From Gammaproteobacteria bacterium (GTDB lineage Bacteria > Pseudomonadota > Gammaproteobacteria > JACCYU01), in contig DATACK010000339.1 in assembly GCA_036259115.1 (NCBI GenBank), positions 4,997 to 68,996 of the forward strand: a stretch of 64,000 bases of DNA. Reading direction: 5' to 3'. Positions 19,456 through 30,616 of the stretch are shown piece after piece. The position numbers and the translations under genes were made by a program. The stretch's first letter is position 1. Every line of letters begins with the position of its first letter. Below the pieces are notes generated by a model. That model was not told the DNA's origin, did no database searches, and saw only the letters and a program-made list of their open reading frames with translations.

Positions 19456-21843
19456 GTGAACGAGTATATCCTGAGCCTGGACTCGATCGGCATGGATGAT
19501 GTCACGCGCGTGGGCGGCAAGAATGCATCTTTAGGTGAAATGATTCAACATCTGGCCGCTAGCGGCGTGAATGTGCCGGGTGGATTTGCCACGACTGCCG
19601 AGGCTTATAGGCGCTTCATGGCCGACGCAGGTTTGACGGATAAGATTAGCGCGGCGCTGGAAAAACTGGATGCCGAGGACGTGAGATCGCTAGCGCAGAC
19701 CGGTAAGACCATTCGACAGTGGATCATCGACAGTCAAATTGGGGATGAGCTACGCGACGCCATTGCACGGGCATTCGAGGCGATGGAGCGCGAGGCGGGC
19801 GGTTCGCTTGCGGTCGCCGTACGCTCGTCTGCAACCGCTGAAGATCTGCCCGGAGCCTCTTTTGCTGGTCAGCAGGAAACCTTTCTCAACGTGCGCGGCC
19901 TGGATAATGTGCTTTTGGCGGTCAAGACTGTTTTTGCCTCGCTTTTCAATGATCGCGCGATCTCGTATCGAGTACATCATGGGTTTGACCACGACGAGGT
20001 TGCGTTATCGGCTGGCATACAGCGCATGGTGCGGAGTGATCTCGCCGCCAGCGGCGTGATGTTCACCTTAGACACCGAATCGGGCTTCAAGGACGTGGTA
20101 TTTATCACCAGCAGTTATGGACTAGGCGAAGCAGTGGTGCAAGGCACGGTGAACCCCGACGAATTCTACGTCCATAAACCAACTTTAGCCGCCGGGCGGA
20201 CCGCGATCTTGCAACGCACTTTGGGCAGCAAGCACATCAAGATGGTATACAGCAATGATACCGGTTTGGGCGAGACGGTGCGTACCGTCGATATTCCCGA
20301 GGCAGAGCGTGCTCGCTTCACCTTGACGGATAAGGAAGTCGAACACCTCGCTCGTCAGGCCGTGATTATCGAACAACATTACCGGCAGCCCATGGACATC
20401 GAATGGGCCAAAGACGGCGAGACCGGCGAACTGTTTATTCTTCAGGCGCGGCCGGAGACGGTGAAGAGTAAGTCACATCAGGTGGTGGAGCGCTACATCA
20501 TGCGCGAGCGCGGTGAAGTGCTTGTGGAAGGGCGATCGGTCGGTCAGCGGATCGCCAGTGGTAAGGTTCGACTTGGTATCGACTTAGAGGACATGGATAA
20601 ACTTCAAAAAGGTGATGTACTGGTCACCGACATGACCGACCCCGATTGGGAGCCCATTATGAAGCGTGCTGCGGCCATCGTGACCGATCGAGGCGGGCGT
20701 ACCTGTCATGCGGCCATCATCGCTCGCGAGCTGGGCATCCCAGCGGTGGTCGGCTGCGGGGACGCGACGCGGCGGCTGTCTGACGGGCAGCACGTCACAG
20801 TCTCATGCGCCGAGGGTGATACTGGCTTTATCTATAAAGGGCAGCTGGATTTTAAGGTACATAAACATGAACTGAATGATATGCCTCGGTTGCCGCTTAA
20901 AGTAATGCTGAATGTAGGCAATCCGGGGCGCGCATTTACATTTGCCAGTGTTCCCAATGCTGGGGTGGGCCTGGCGCGCCTAGAGTTTATTATCAATAAC
21001 ACGATAGGTGTGCATCCTAAAGCGTGTTTGGAATTCGAGCAATTGCCGTCGGAGGTGCGTAGAAAGATCCAATCGCGCTGCGCTGGTTATCCTGATCCGG
21101 TAAGTTTTTATGTGGGCAAGCTCACCGAAGGAATCGCCACCTTGGCGGCGGCGTTTGCGCCGCATCCGGTCATCGTGCGCCTGTCGGACTTCAAGTCCAA
21201 TGAATATGCACACCTGGTCGCCGGCTCGCGCTACGAGCCTAAGGAAGAGAATCCTATGATCGGCTGGCGTGGTGCGTCGCGCTACATCTCCGAATCATTC
21301 CGCGACTGTTTCGAGCTCGAATGCCGAGCATTGCGCCGGGTGCGCGACGAGATGGGCTTTACCAATGTGCAGATCATGGTGCCGTTCGTGCGCACGCTAG
21401 AGGAAGCCTCGCAAGTAACAGACCTGCTGGCGCATAATGGTCTGCAGCGTGGTGTTGATGGCCTTAAGGTAATCATGATGTGCGAGATTCCCTCCAACGT
21501 CGTGCTAGCCGAGCAGTTTTTAGAGTATTTCGATGGATTTTCCATCGGCTCTAACGATCTTACGCAGATGACCTTGGCCCTGGATCGCGATTCCGGCTTG
21601 GTGTCGACTGGTTTCGACGAGCGTAATCCGGCTGTCAAGTCGCTGATACACCAAGTGATTGGAGCATGCCGCAAAGCGGGCAAGTACGTCGGTATCTGTG
21701 GTCAGGGACCGTCGGATTATCCTGATTTTGCCCGCTGGCTCTTACAGGAGGGGATAGGCAGTGTATCGCTCAATCCCGATTCTGTAGTCGAGACCTGGTT
21801 GTTCATGGCCGAACAGACCGGCGAGTTCATAGCGGAGGATTGA
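19456..21843 (+). CDS. ppsA: Phosphoenolpyruvate synthase.
   Basis: 795 aa with a GTG start. It has an N-terminal ATP-grasp region, the catalytic His region [21 protein letters not shown], and a PEP-utilising C-terminal domain. Confidence 0.92.
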   Translation: MNEYILSLDSIGMDDVTRVGGKNASLGEMIQHLAASGVNVPGGFATTAEAYRRFMADAGLTDKISAALEKLDAEDVRSLAQTGKTIRQWIIDSQIGDELRDAIARAFEAMEREAGGSLAVAVRSSATAEDLPGASFAGQQETFLNVRGLDNVLLAVKTVFASLFNDRAISYRVHHGFDHDEVALSAGIQRMVRSDLAASGVMFTLDTESGFKDVVFITSSYGLGEAVVQGTVNPDEFYVHKPTLAAGRTAILQRTLGSKHIKMVYSNDTGLGETVRTVDIPEAERARFTLTDKEVEHLARQAVIIEQHYRQPMDIEWAKDGETGELFILQARPETVKSKSHQVVERYIMRERGEVLVEGRSVGQRIASGKVRLGIDLEDMDKLQKGDVLVTDMTDPDWEPIMKRAAAIVTDRGGRTCHAAIIARELGIPAVVGCGDATRRLSDGQHVTVSCAEGDTGFIYKGQLDFKVHKHELNDMPRLPLKVMLNVGNPGRAFTFASVPNAGVGLARLEFIINNTIGVHPKACLEFEQLPSEVRRKIQSRCAGYPDPVSFYVGKLTEGIATLAAAFAPHPVIVRLSDFKSNEYAHLVAGSRYEPKEENPMIGWRGASRYISESFRDCFELECRALRRVRDEMGFTNVQIMVPFVRTLEEASQVTDLLAHNGLQRGVDGLKVIMMCEIPSNVVLAEQFLEYFDGFSIGSNDLTQMTLALDRDSGLVSTGFDERNPAVKSLIHQVIGACRKAGKYVGICGQGPSDYPDFARWLLQEGIGSVSLNPDSVVETWLFMAEQTGEFIAED

Positions 21844-21911
21844 GAACTATGCCTAAGCTCAAAGTTGTACCTCCAATATTAAGTACGCGCGTACTGCGAC
21901 GATGGGCGCGC

Positions 21912-22271
21912 TTAAACAACAGTGGAGGCCAGTAGTTCAATCATAGCGGGCGCCGCGCCGATGTGAGATGTAAGCTCGATGGTCACCATGGGATGCTGCG
22001 CCCGCTTAACAGCCACAAGCTGCGGAATATCCTCACTGACATGCGCACCGCTGGCGAGAAAATAGGGCAAAATGGTGATCTCACGGCCGCCTGCCTCAAC
22101 TGCGGCATCAATCGCGGCCGGAATCGAAGGTTCCGCGAATTCGAGAAAGGCGCAGGTGGTGGAGTCGAATCGATCCTTTACTCGGTCTGCGAGGCGCCTG
22201 GTAAGCGCTCGCACCTCAGCATTAGAGGCTTCGCGCCGACTGCCGTGCGCGACAAGGATTAAGCGTTTCAT
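21912..22271 (-). CDS. cbiX: Small CbiX-type sirohydrochlorin chelatase (CbiX-S/SirB-like).
   Basis: 119 aa starting at MKRLILVAHGSRREASN, with the LVAHGSR motif and the ILPYFLASGAHV region typical of small CbiX proteins. The upstream Met was rejected in favour of the MKRL start. Confidence 0.7.
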   Translation of the reverse strand: MKRLILVAHGSRREASNAEVRALTRRLADRVKDRFDSTTCAFLEFAEPSIPAAIDAAVEAGGREITILPYFLASGAHVSEDIPQLVAVKRAQHPMVTIELTSHIGAAPAMIELLASTVV

Positions 22272-22364
22272 GAGCGTATAAATCGGGCGTGCAATGAAGT
22301 GCGTCGCATAAGGCCGATGGTTCGGGTCAGTTTGCAAAAATCACATTAGACTTGAAATAAGCGC

Positions 22365-23096
22365 TTGCGTATCCAAATTATTTCAGACCTGCATCTGGAA
22401 TTCGGCCCGCTGGAACTGCCCGCGAGTGAGGCCGACGTGTTAATCGCGGCGGGAGACATCGCGATCGGCAAGGAGGGCCATAAATGGTTGCAGCGCGTGC
22501 CACGTACCGTCGTTTATGTCGCGGGCAATCATGAATACTGGGGTCACGATCTGACTACACTGAAGGATGCTTTGACTCAAATGTCCCGGCGGGGCAATGT
22601 CCATTTTCTAGAGAACCGCAGTGTCGAGATCGATGGCGTACGGTTTATCGGTTGTACCTTATGGACGGACTTTCATGACGCCGATCCTGTGATTATGGCA
22701 GAGATGTTCATGGTCATGAATGATTTCCGCTATATTGCTCATGGCTCACGCCGAGCGCGCCCACGCGATTTGGTGGAAATCAATCTCGAATCTCGCCGTT
22801 GGCTGGAGCAAGAATTGAGCGTGCGTTATGTTGGCAAGACAGTTGTGGTCACTCATCACGCGCCGCTTATACGCAGTTGGTATGCGCGGCGCGACGAAGA
22901 TATGACGCGATTTGCCTATTGTAATGCGCTTGATGAATTGATGAACCAGCGGCAGATTGATCTCTGGGTGCATGGCCACATCCACGAGTCGCATGATTAT
23001 GTCGCGTATGGCGTGCGGGTCGTATGTAATCCGCGCGGATACTATAATTATCGCGAGGTGCAGGATTTTGATCCGACCAAAGTGGTCTCATTATGA
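22365..23096 (+). CDS. Calcineurin-like metallophosphoesterase.
   Basis: Motifs DLHLE, AGDIAIG, GNHEYW and GHIHESH (metal-ligand blocks I-IV). Apparent TTG start with a weak RBS, so the start is uncertain. Confidence 0.65.
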   Translation: MRIQIISDLHLEFGPLELPASEADVLIAAGDIAIGKEGHKWLQRVPRTVVYVAGNHEYWGHDLTTLKDALTQMSRRGNVHFLENRSVEIDGVRFIGCTLWTDFHDADPVIMAEMFMVMNDFRYIAHGSRRARPRDLVEINLESRRWLEQELSVRYVGKTVVVTHHAPLIRSWYARRDEDMTRFAYCNALDELMNQRQIDLWVHGHIHESHDYVAYGVRVVCNPRGYYNYREVQDFDPTKVVSL

Positions 23097-23138
23097 TGAA
23101 CCGGAGCTACGCCAGCTTATATCAACCGAAGCATACCA

Positions 23139-23465
23139 GTGAAAAATATCTATAAAATCGTCTTCTTTAATCAAGGCAAGGTCTATGAGATCTTCGCACG
23201 GCGGGTCTACCAAGGCGACCTGTATGGCTTCGTCGTGGTCGAGGACTTAGTCTTCGGCGAGCGTTCCACGGTCGTGGTAGATCCAAGCGAAGAACGCTTA
23301 AAGACCGAATTCGAATATGTCAAGCGTGCGCATATTCCTATGCATGCTGTAGCACGCATCGATGAAGTTGAGAAACAGGGTGTAGCAAAGATTAGCGACG
23401 CGGGTGCTAATGTCGCTATGTTCCCGTCACCAATGTATAGTCCCGGAGGCGGGAAAAAGGAATAA
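23139..23465 (+). CDS. Small conserved hypothetical cytosolic protein. It may be DUF1820-like, but I cannot confirm that.
   Basis: 108-aa ORF with good coding appearance. A GA-rich RBS-like stretch (ccagtgaaaaatATG) lies upstream of the ATG. I recognise no motif. Confidence 0.45.
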   Translation: MKNIYKIVFFNQGKVYEIFARRVYQGDLYGFVVVEDLVFGERSTVVVDPSEERLKTEFEYVKRAHIPMHAVARIDEVEKQGVAKISDAGANVAMFPSPMYSPGGGKKE

Positions 23466-23697
23466 GATACATGCGGCAAGTCTATGCCTGATGTGCCGCC
23501 CCTACGCCTAAGTAAGCGATGATGTTACACCAAGAATGGCAAGTAAGAATACGGGAGAAGTGTCCGAGTGGGTGAGCCGGAAATAGGGATCGACCTATTG
23601 GCTTGATTCCTCGGAGAACGACGCACCAACGAGGTTGAGGCTGGAGCATCTAAATTAAGAGTGTTTCGCCAATGGTACGTTAGGTGTTTAGATTGGC

Positions 23698-23788
23698 GGA
23701 GAGGTGTCCGAGCGGTCGAAGGAGCACGCCTGGAAAGTGTGTATACGTTAATAGCGTATCGAGGGTTCGAATCCCTCCCTCTCCGCCA
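23698..23788 (+). tRNA. tRNA-Ser, anticodon GGA.
   Basis: 91 nt: GGAGAGGTGTCCGAGCGGTCGAAGGAGCACGCCTGGAAAGTGTG...GGTTCGAATCCCTCCCTCTCCGCCA. It shows a type II long variable arm, the T-loop GGTTCGAATCC, the anticodon loop CU-GGA-AA, and an encoded CCA. Confidence 0.9.
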
Positions 23789-23830
23789 CCTAATCCAGAC
23801 GGGATCTACAATCCCGTTTGGATTAGGTGA
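23786..23830 (+). terminator. Near-perfect 17-bp stem hairpin immediately 3' of tRNA-Ser.
   Basis: cctaatccagacgggat-ctacaa-atcccgtttggattagg, with a single G-U mismatch. It lacks a clear U-tract, so it may be a processing or termination structure. Confidence 0.5.
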
Positions 23831-24047
23831 TAGAGGCGGATGAGAACCCAAGGAAAGGGTTCGACACCAGATTGCTGAACGATCGAAGATCGGCCCTATA
23901 GGAGGAGAGCAGGACGCCCGGAATAAAATCGGCTGGAGCGATTTTGAACAGCGAGGCCAGCCCGAATGGCGTAGGGGCAGCGACCGGAGTAATCTCGCTC
24001 TTCACCAATTCGCTCAAGGAAGTCAATGATCAGTTTGTCGCGTAATG

Positions 24048-24161
<114 letters not shown>

Positions 24162-24266
24162 ATTCTGTATCATCATTCGGGCAACAGTAGTCGGCGGGTG
24201 ATGTGCCGAGTTCATACGACCCGCGGCAAGTATGCCCATCCTTGTCAATAACTTCCAAGCTACTTC

Positions 24267-25892
24267 ATGAGCTACCAAGTGCTAGCGCGCAAGTGGCGGC
24301 CGCGAAGTTTCGAACAGATGGTCGGCCAGACGCATGTGCTGCGCGCGCTAATCAATGCGCTCAATCAAGGGCGTGTGCATCATGCCTATCTCTTCACCGG
24401 CACGCGTGGTGTGGGCAAGACCACTCTGGGCCGGGTGCTTGCCAAATGCCTGAACTGCGAAGTAGGGGTCAGCGCGCGGCCCTGCTGTCAATGTGGCACC
24501 TGTCAGGATATCGACGCGGGCCGCTTTATTGATTTGATTGAGGTAGACGCAGCGTCTAGAACGAAGGTCGAGGATACGCGTGAACTACTGGATAATATTC
24601 AATACGCGCCTACTTACGGCCGTTACAAGGTATATCTGATCGACGAGGTGCATATGCTCTCAGGGCACAGCTTCAATGCCTTGCTCAAGACCCTGGAGGA
24701 GCCGCCGCCGCACGTAAAGTTTATATTGGCGACCACCGATCCGCAAAAGCTGCCGATGACGGTCCTGTCGCGCTGCCTACAGTTTAATCTAAAGCGTATA
24801 TCGGTGCAGCAGATTAGCGCACATTTGCGTCACATACTGGACGAGGAAGGCATCCCCGCAGAGGCGGCCGCGCTGACCCAGCTTGCATGGGCGGCGGATG
24901 GTAGCATGCGCGATGCACTAAGCCTGGTAGACCAGGCAGTTGGGTTTGGCGGTGACGCGGTGCGTGAGGCCGCCGTGCGCGAGATGCTAGGAGCGGCGCC
25001 ACGCGAACTTATGCGCAAACTGGCGCTTGCTGTCGCCAGCAGTGACGCTACGATCGTCTTACAGGCAGTCGCCGATCTCGCTGAACACCTTACCGATTTT
25101 GCCGGTGTATTGGCCGAGCTGATTTCGCTGCTGCATCAGGTGGCGCTAGCGCAGGCGGTACCGGCCGCGGTCGACGATAATCATCCTCTGGCGTCTCTGG
25201 CACGAGAGTTATCGCGCAGGCTAAGCCCGCAAGATGTGCAACTTTACTATCAAATCGCCTTGATCGGACGAAGGGATCTTCCGCTCGCGGCCGACTCCAG
25301 GGCTGGTCTGGAGATGACCTTATTGCGAATGTTAAGCTTCAAACCGCTACCTCGAGCGCAATCGGAAGAGGGAGCCGATCTGCCTGACGCTTTGCACAAT
25401 ATTGCTGGCGAATCGCAGCCACATAAGGCCAAAATTCGACCACAGAGTGGCGCTGTCGAATCCGCAGACGCACAGCAACGCGACTATGCGCAGGCGCCAA
25501 GTACGGCTTGTAGCCAAGGCTGGCCGCGACTGATGCAGAACTTGAAACTCAAGGGCGTGGCATATGCACTTGCCAGCAATTGTAGCGTTAAGTCATTGTC
25601 CACCGACGAAGTGTGTCTTGTCCTCGATGCCAAGCACGCGGAGATCAAAACCGGCAATGCTGAAGCCCGGTTGAAGCGGGCGTTAAGCGATCATCTCGGC
25701 AGAGCTGTGCGGCTGCGCATCGAGATCGCCGAACATCTTGATGAAACGCCCGCGCAGCTTGCCAGTCGAAACTTAGCAGAGCGCCAGCGTGCGGCTGAGA
25801 CGGCTATCGAGACGGATGCGACCGTGCAAGCGTTCAAGGAGCGCTTCGATGCCGAGATTATTCCGGGCTCTATAAGGCCCATTAGCGACTGA
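24267..25892 (+). CDS. dnaX: DNA polymerase III subunit tau (gamma/tau).
   Basis: AAA+ clamp-loader motifs: Walker [10 protein letters not shown] and the zinc module [10 protein letters not shown]. 541 aa. No AAAAAAG slip site was seen. Confidence 0.92.
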   Translation: MSYQVLARKWRPRSFEQMVGQTHVLRALINALNQGRVHHAYLFTGTRGVGKTTLGRVLAKCLNCEVGVSARPCCQCGTCQDIDAGRFIDLIEVDAASRTKVEDTRELLDNIQYAPTYGRYKVYLIDEVHMLSGHSFNALLKTLEEPPPHVKFILATTDPQKLPMTVLSRCLQFNLKRISVQQISAHLRHILDEEGIPAEAAALTQLAWAADGSMRDALSLVDQAVGFGGDAVREAAVREMLGAAPRELMRKLALAVASSDATIVLQAVADLAEHLTDFAGVLAELISLLHQVALAQAVPAAVDDNHPLASLARELSRRLSPQDVQLYYQIALIGRRDLPLAADSRAGLEMTLLRMLSFKPLPRAQSEEGADLPDALHNIAGESQPHKAKIRPQSGAVESADAQQRDYAQAPSTACSQGWPRLMQNLKLKGVAYALASNCSVKSLSTDEVCLVLDAKHAEIKTGNAEARLKRALSDHLGRAVRLRIEIAEHLDETPAQLASRNLAERQRAAETAIETDATVQAFKERFDAEIIPGSIRPISD

Positions 25893-25902
25893 TCAACCGA
25901 AG

Positions 25903-26235
25903 GTGAAGCCTATGAAAAATGAAATCGGTAATCTTATGAAGCAGGCCCAGAAGATGCAGCAGGACATGGCGAGGGCACAGGAAGAGGTGGCTGGCATGGA
26001 GGTTACCGGTCAGTCAGGCGGTGGTTTGGTGAGTGTCGTCATAAGCGGGCGCCACGAGGCTAAGCGCGTGCGCATCGACGACAGCCTGCTGGGAGAAGAT
26101 AAAGATATGCTCGAAGACTTAGTTGCCGCAGCCATCAATGACGCTGTGCATCGTCTGGACGTGGCTGTTAAGGAAAAGTTTGCCGGGCTCGCCCAGGGTA
26201 TGGGTTTGCCAGCGGGGATAAAGCTACCCTTTTGA
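25903..26235 (+). CDS. ybaB: Nucleoid-associated protein YbaB/EbfC.
   Basis: 110 aa. [14 protein letters not shown]...[11 protein letters not shown] matches E. coli YbaB from memory. Canonical dnaX-ybaB-recR order. Confidence 0.9.
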   Translation: MKPMKNEIGNLMKQAQKMQQDMARAQEEVAGMEVTGQSGGGLVSVVISGRHEAKRVRIDDSLLGEDKDMLEDLVAAAINDAVHRLDVAVKEKFAGLAQGMGLPAGIKLPF

Positions 26236-26301
26236 GAAAGCCGCTACGCCGAGGCGCGCCATACAAAGGCTCTTGTCGAATTCGCATATGGATAATCTTG
26301 A

Positions 26302-26937
26302 GTGTTGAATCATACGGCTAACCCTAATGAGTCGCGGCAGGCGGATACCCCATTGCTGCAGCAGTTAATCGAGGCGCTCAGATGTCTGCCCGGCGTGGGA
26401 CATAAGACCGCGCAACGCATGGCATTTCAATTATTGGAGCGCAATCGGCAAGGAGCTTTGAATCTGGCCGATCGCCTACGTGAGGCGGTAGAGAAGATCG
26501 GTCATTGCCAGCAGTGTCGCACGCTAACTGAAAAACCTTTATGCCGCATTTGCAGCAGCACGAGTCGCAGTCGTGAGATGCTATGCGTGGTTGAATCACC
26601 TACCGATGTGATGGCCATTGAATACGGCACCGACTATCGTGGCGTATATTATGTGCTGATGGGTCGCCTATCGCCTCTAGACGGCATCGGTCCCGCCGAA
26701 TTGGGTCTCCAAAAGCTAGAAAAGCGTTTAGATGATGGGCAGATCAAAGAGGTCATTCTGGCCACCAACTCAACCGTGGAGGGCGAGGTGACCGCGCATG
26801 TGATCGCTGAGATGGCGAGAAAACGCGATATCAAAACCACCCGTCTCGCTCAAGGTGTGCCTGTCGGCGGCGAGCTGGAGTATATGGACAGTTCCACCCT
26901 ATCACATGCCTTTAGCGGACGCCGGGACTACACGTAA
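26302..26937 (+). CDS. recR: Recombination protein RecR.
   Basis: [21 protein letters not shown], a C4 zinc finger CQQC...CRIC, and a Toprim region ([12 protein letters not shown]). Confidence 0.92.
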   Translation: MLNHTANPNESRQADTPLLQQLIEALRCLPGVGHKTAQRMAFQLLERNRQGALNLADRLREAVEKIGHCQQCRTLTEKPLCRICSSTSRSREMLCVVESPTDVMAIEYGTDYRGVYYVLMGRLSPLDGIGPAELGLQKLEKRLDDGQIKEVILATNSTVEGEVTAHVIAEMARKRDIKTTRLAQGVPVGGELEYMDSSTLSHAFSGRRDYT

Positions 26938-26972
26938 CGTTAACCGGCCGCCGCGGGTATACCATCCCGGCC

Positions 26973-28739
26973 TTATTCTTCTGGCTCCCAACCGAATTCC
27001 TCCACGATCTCGAACAGATTGGTCTCTGAGACGATACCTACAGGAGTGCCGTCTTCTTCGACGACAACGCGACGGATTCCATGCTCTGCCATCGTCATTG
27101 ATATCGTCTGCAATGTAGCCTCGGCGGGTACAGTCACGAGCGGTCGGGTGGCGATTTCGCTTACCTTGATCTTGCCCGCGGATTGGTTGGCGCGAACGAT
27201 TTTGGTGACGATGTCACGCTGAGTCATGATGCCCCATACGCCGTCTGCGTCCGGCTCGGCGAGAATCGAGCTGATGCCGTGTTCGCCCATGAGGTGTATA
27301 GCCTCCGATACCGGCGCGTCATTGGGCACAGTCTTAACCGGGGACATCGCATGACCTGCGGTTGTCGGCCGGCCTCCCGCGGCCTTCATGGCCTGTACTG
27401 GGTCTTTAATGCGCTGCGCCTCGCGTTGCTTGCGCTCATCCTCTAGTGCCTCGCGACGCTGCTCCTCTAAGCGCACAAGATCTTTCGCACTGCCCCTGAT
27501 CTTAGCAATCAGCGCGTCGGCAAAAACAGATGTCGATACGACGTGTGCGTCCTCCATTTGGCGCGCGAAATCGTAAGTCACGAACTTCTCGCCGATCACC
27601 TGCGGATAGGCCGCATTGATCAGATCGGCCGCCTCTTTCCAGCCCATGTGTTCCATCAGTAGGGCGCCAGATAGCAACATTGAGCTGGGATTAACCTTAT
27701 TCTGGTTGGCATACTTAGGGGCCGTGCCATGAGTCGCCTCGAACACGGCGACCTCATCGCCGATGTTAGCGCCAGGCGCGATGCCGATGCCGCCGACCTC
27801 CGCCGCCAAGGCATCGGAAAGATAATCACCGTTTAAGTTCATGGTCGCGAGCACATCGAATTCACTGGGTCGCAGCAGCAGGAGTTGGAAGATGATATCA
27901 GCGATGCGGTCCTTGATGACGATCCTATCCTGCGGCTGTTTGCCGCCGTATTCGTTGTACAGCTCTTCTTCGGTGATGATGCGCTTCCGGAATTCCTCTT
28001 TTGCCACCTCGTAGCCCCACTTCCGGAATGCACCCTCGGTAAACTTCATGATGTTACCCTTGTGCACCAAGGTGACACTTTCACGGTCTTGATCGATGGC
28101 GTATTGAATCGCCTTGCGTACGAGACGCTTGGTAGCGAATGGGCTAATCGGTTTGACGCCTAATCCTGCAGCTTCAAAAAAGCGCTCGCCTAGCTCCTCC
28201 CGCAAGAAGTGGGCGAGCTTGGTGTTTGCTGGGCTCCCGCTTTCATATTCGATACCCGCATATACGTCTTCGGTATTTTCTCGGAAAACCACCACGTCCA
28301 CCCGCTCGGGGTAACGCAGTGGTGAGGGCACTCCAGCGTAATAACGCACTGGTCGCACGCAGGCATAGAGGTCCAGCTGCTGGCGCAAGGCGACGTTGAG
28401 CGAGCGATAGCCCTCGCCTACTGGGGTGGTGAGCGGACCCTTGATAGCAAGGGAGATCTCTTTTAGCGCATCCAGTGTCTCTTGTGGGAAATAATCTCCG
28501 GCGAACAACTGCGCTGCCTTTTCCCCCATGTACAGCTCGCACCAGTGAATGCGGCGGCCGCTGTAAGCCTTCTCTACTGCCGCGTCCCACACCCGCAGGC
28601 AAGCCCGTGTGATATCCGGCCCAATGCCGTCGCCCTCAATGTAACCGATGATAGGATTGTCCGGCACGTCCAGCCCGTGCGGCGACCTCCTAATCCTCTC
28701 GCCGCCCGGAGGGAGTTGAGTGTGGTGATACGCCATCAT
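26973..28739 (-). CDS. NADP-isocitrate dehydrogenase paralog fused to a C-terminal tandem CBS (Bateman) domain.
   Basis: The N-terminal ~420 aa are colinear with Icd ([73 protein letters not shown]). A charged linker follows ([19 protein letters not shown]). The last ~120 aa contain two CBS motifs ([28 protein letters not shown]...GIMTQRDIV and [43 protein letters not shown]). Confidence 0.85.
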   Translation of the reverse strand: MMAYHHTQLPPGGERIRRSPHGLDVPDNPIIGYIEGDGIGPDITRACLRVWDAAVEKAYSGRRIHWCELYMGEKAAQLFAGDYFPQETLDALKEISLAIKGPLTTPVGEGYRSLNVALRQQLDLYACVRPVRYYAGVPSPLRYPERVDVVVFRENTEDVYAGIEYESGSPANTKLAHFLREELGERFFEAAGLGVKPISPFATKRLVRKAIQYAIDQDRESVTLVHKGNIMKFTEGAFRKWGYEVAKEEFRKRIITEEELYNEYGGKQPQDRIVIKDRIADIIFQLLLLRPSEFDVLATMNLNGDYLSDALAAEVGGIGIAPGANIGDEVAVFEATHGTAPKYANQNKVNPSSMLLSGALLMEHMGWKEAADLINAAYPQVIGEKFVTYDFARQMEDAHVVSTSVFADALIAKIRGSAKDLVRLEEQRREALEDERKQREAQRIKDPVQAMKAAGGRPTTAGHAMSPVKTVPNDAPVSEAIHLMGEHGISSILAEPDADGVWGIMTQRDIVTKIVRANQSAGKIKVSEIATRPLVTVPAEATLQTISMTMAEHGIRRVVVEEDGTPVGIVSETNLFEIVEEFGWEPEE

Positions 28740-28803
28740 CGCCTCCTAAGTGCTGTCAGCCTGACGCGGATTAGCTCAGCTGGACCACTTATAGAAGATC
28801 TGA

Positions 28804-29778
28804 TTACGGAAGCAGTATGGTGGAGCCCGTGGTCTTGCGAGCCTCCAGAGCGCGATGAGCATTCGCTGCATCTTGTAGTGGGTATGACTGACCTATCTTG
28901 ATTTTTACGTGCCCTTGGACCACTACATCGAAAAGTTCACGCGCTGTGGTAAGCAGGTCTTCGCGTTTGGCGGTGTAAGTCATCAAAGTCGGCCGGGTCA
29001 GAAACAGTGATCCTTTCCGGCTCAGCACGCTGAGGTCGAACGGTTCCACATTACCAGACGACTGTCCGAAGCTCACCATAAGCCCAAATGGCCGCAGGCA
29101 ATCCAGCGAGCGCATAAAAGTGTCCTTGCCCACCGAGTCATAGACGACCGGCACGCCGGCACGATCCGTGATGTCCTTGACCTTTTGCACAAAGTTCTCG
29201 CGCGTGTAGATTATCGTGTGATGACAGCCATGTTTGGCGGCAAGCTCCGCTTTGGCCTCGGAGCCTACTGTGCCGATCACTGTTGCACCCAAATACCTGG
29301 CCCACTGACAGGCGATCAGCCCGACGCCGCCGGCGATCGCGTGAAATAGGATCGTGTCACCTGCCTTAACCGGATAAACGCGTCGCAGTAGATACTGCGC
29401 TGTCATGCCCTTGAGCATCATCGCGGCGGCGGTGCGATCATCAACTGAATCGGGAACATGCACCAGGCGGTCCGCTGGTATGACACGCTTCTCGGAATAA
29501 GCGCCCAAAGGGCCGGCATACGCCACGCGATCTCCAACTTGAAAGTCGTCGACGCCAGGTCCTAGGGCCTCGACTTGGCCAGACGCCTCCTGGCCTGGAA
29601 TGAACGGAAATCTAACCGCAGGATAGACACCTTTGCGGAAGTATATGTCAATAAAATTAACACCGATGGCGGTATGCCGGATTAATACCTCGCCAAGCCC
29701 CGGTTTCCCAACCTCGACTTCTTCGAAGCGCAAGACCTCGGCCGAGCCGGTTTCGTGTACTTGAATTGCCTTTGGCAT
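28804..29778 (-). CDS. qor: NADPH:quinone oxidoreductase (zeta-crystallin-like medium-chain dehydrogenase).
   Basis: 324 aa with an MDR fold and the nucleotide-binding motif AIAGGVGLIACQ. Similar to Qor from memory. Confidence 0.75.
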   Translation of the reverse strand: MPKAIQVHETGSAEVLRFEEVEVGKPGLGEVLIRHTAIGVNFIDIYFRKGVYPAVRFPFIPGQEASGQVEALGPGVDDFQVGDRVAYAGPLGAYSEKRVIPADRLVHVPDSVDDRTAAAMMLKGMTAQYLLRRVYPVKAGDTILFHAIAGGVGLIACQWARYLGATVIGTVGSEAKAELAAKHGCHHTIIYTRENFVQKVKDITDRAGVPVVYDSVGKDTFMRSLDCLRPFGLMVSFGQSSGNVEPFDLSVLSRKGSLFLTRPTLMTYTAKREDLLTTARELFDVVVQGHVKIKIGQSYPLQDAANAHRALEARKTTGSTILLP

Positions 29779-29877
29779 CGCTCAACCTCTCTGCTCATAT
29801 CGGCATGTGATGCTAAAAACCCCAGCTCGATTGATGATGTGCCTTTGATCGATGCACTGCGTCAGCTTAAGCCTGAT

Positions 29878-30234
29878 TCAATCCGCAGGCATCAACATCG
29901 GACCTAGCACCCGTCCGCCCATCAGGTGCATGTGCAAGTGATGAACCTCCTGGCCGGCGTGACGTCCGCAGTTTACGATCAGACGATAGCCGTTTTCTGC
30001 GATGCCCTGTTCCTTGGCCAGCCGTGCGGCGACTACGAACAAATGGCCAAGCAGGCCTTCATCTTCCGGTTTGACGTCATTGACGCTGGGAATAACCTTA
30101 TTAGGGACGATCAGAATGTGCGTAGGCGCCTTGGCGTTGATGTCCTGAAAAGCGGTTACACGATCGTCTTGGAAAAATATGGTCGCAGGTATCTCACGCC
30201 GGATGATCTTGCTGAAAATAGTCTCTTCTGACAT
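29878..30234 (-). CDS. HIT-family (histidine triad) nucleotide hydrolase.
   Basis: 118 aa with the HIT motif [10 protein letters not shown] (HxHxHxx). Confidence 0.85.
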   Translation of the reverse strand: MSEETIFSKIIRREIPATIFFQDDRVTAFQDINAKAPTHILIVPNKVIPSVNDVKPEDEGLLGHLFVVAARLAKEQGIAENGYRLIVNCGRHAGQEVHHLHMHLMGGRVLGPMLMPAD

Positions 30235-30291
30235 AGGTTCCTCGCTTGACGTCGCGTACGTCGTTGCAGTTATGTCTCCATGCCACAGCGG

Positions 30292-30609
30292 TTACTCGCT
30301 AGTTTTGCCGAACTGGTAGTACCGTTGATTGAGGTAATGTGCTACGTCGTCAATATCCGCGTGTGACCAATGCAATTTAAGCCTGGATTGATAGTAGCGC
30401 ACTTGCGCCATGAGTTCCTGCATGGAGTTGACAAGTCGCTGCTCGCGAGTATAAAGCACAGCACCATCGCCGCCGGTCATGGCTGCGTGGCAACGTGTGC
30501 AGTGGGCGCTGTGCAGCGCTTCGCCATGCGCAATATCGGGCTTAGCGCCCGCGAACGTGGGGTTTAGTACAATCGTTGGCAGCAGCAAAGCCAGGCTGAT
30601 CCACTGCAT
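30292..30609 (-). CDS. Small secreted monoheme c-type cytochrome.
   Basis: N-terminal signal peptide (MQWISLALLLPTIVLNPTFAGA), a single CxxCH haem-binding motif (CTRCH), roughly 85-aa mature protein. Confidence 0.55.
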   Translation of the reverse strand: MQWISLALLLPTIVLNPTFAGAKPDIAHGEALHSAHCTRCHAAMTGGDGAVLYTREQRLVNSMQELMAQVRYYQSRLKLHWSHADIDDVAHYLNQRYYQFGKTSE

Positions 30610-30616
30610 ATCACTA

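Noticed and set aside
22365-23465. Metallophosphoesterase plus small unknown protein as a two-gene defence module next to a tRNA.
   Set aside because: There are no nuclease, ATPase, SIR2, TIR or other defence-type partner domains, no integrase, and no evident compositional break. The phosphoesterase has a weak TTG start. The evidence supports only a weak 'possible insertion remnant' note, given under findings, not a defence system.
24267-25892. Possible programmed -1 frameshift site (A AAA AAG) in dnaX producing a gamma subunit.
   Set aside because: I found no A6G-type slippery heptamer on reading the gene. The 541-aa tau may be the only product, or a different mechanism is used. This cannot be settled by eye.
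30292-30609. HIT, cytochrome c, M48 protease and Icd-CBS as a functional 'system'.
   Set aside because: The genes are co-oriented, but they are unrelated housekeeping families with ordinary spacing. No shared regulatory logic is evident beyond possible operon packing.
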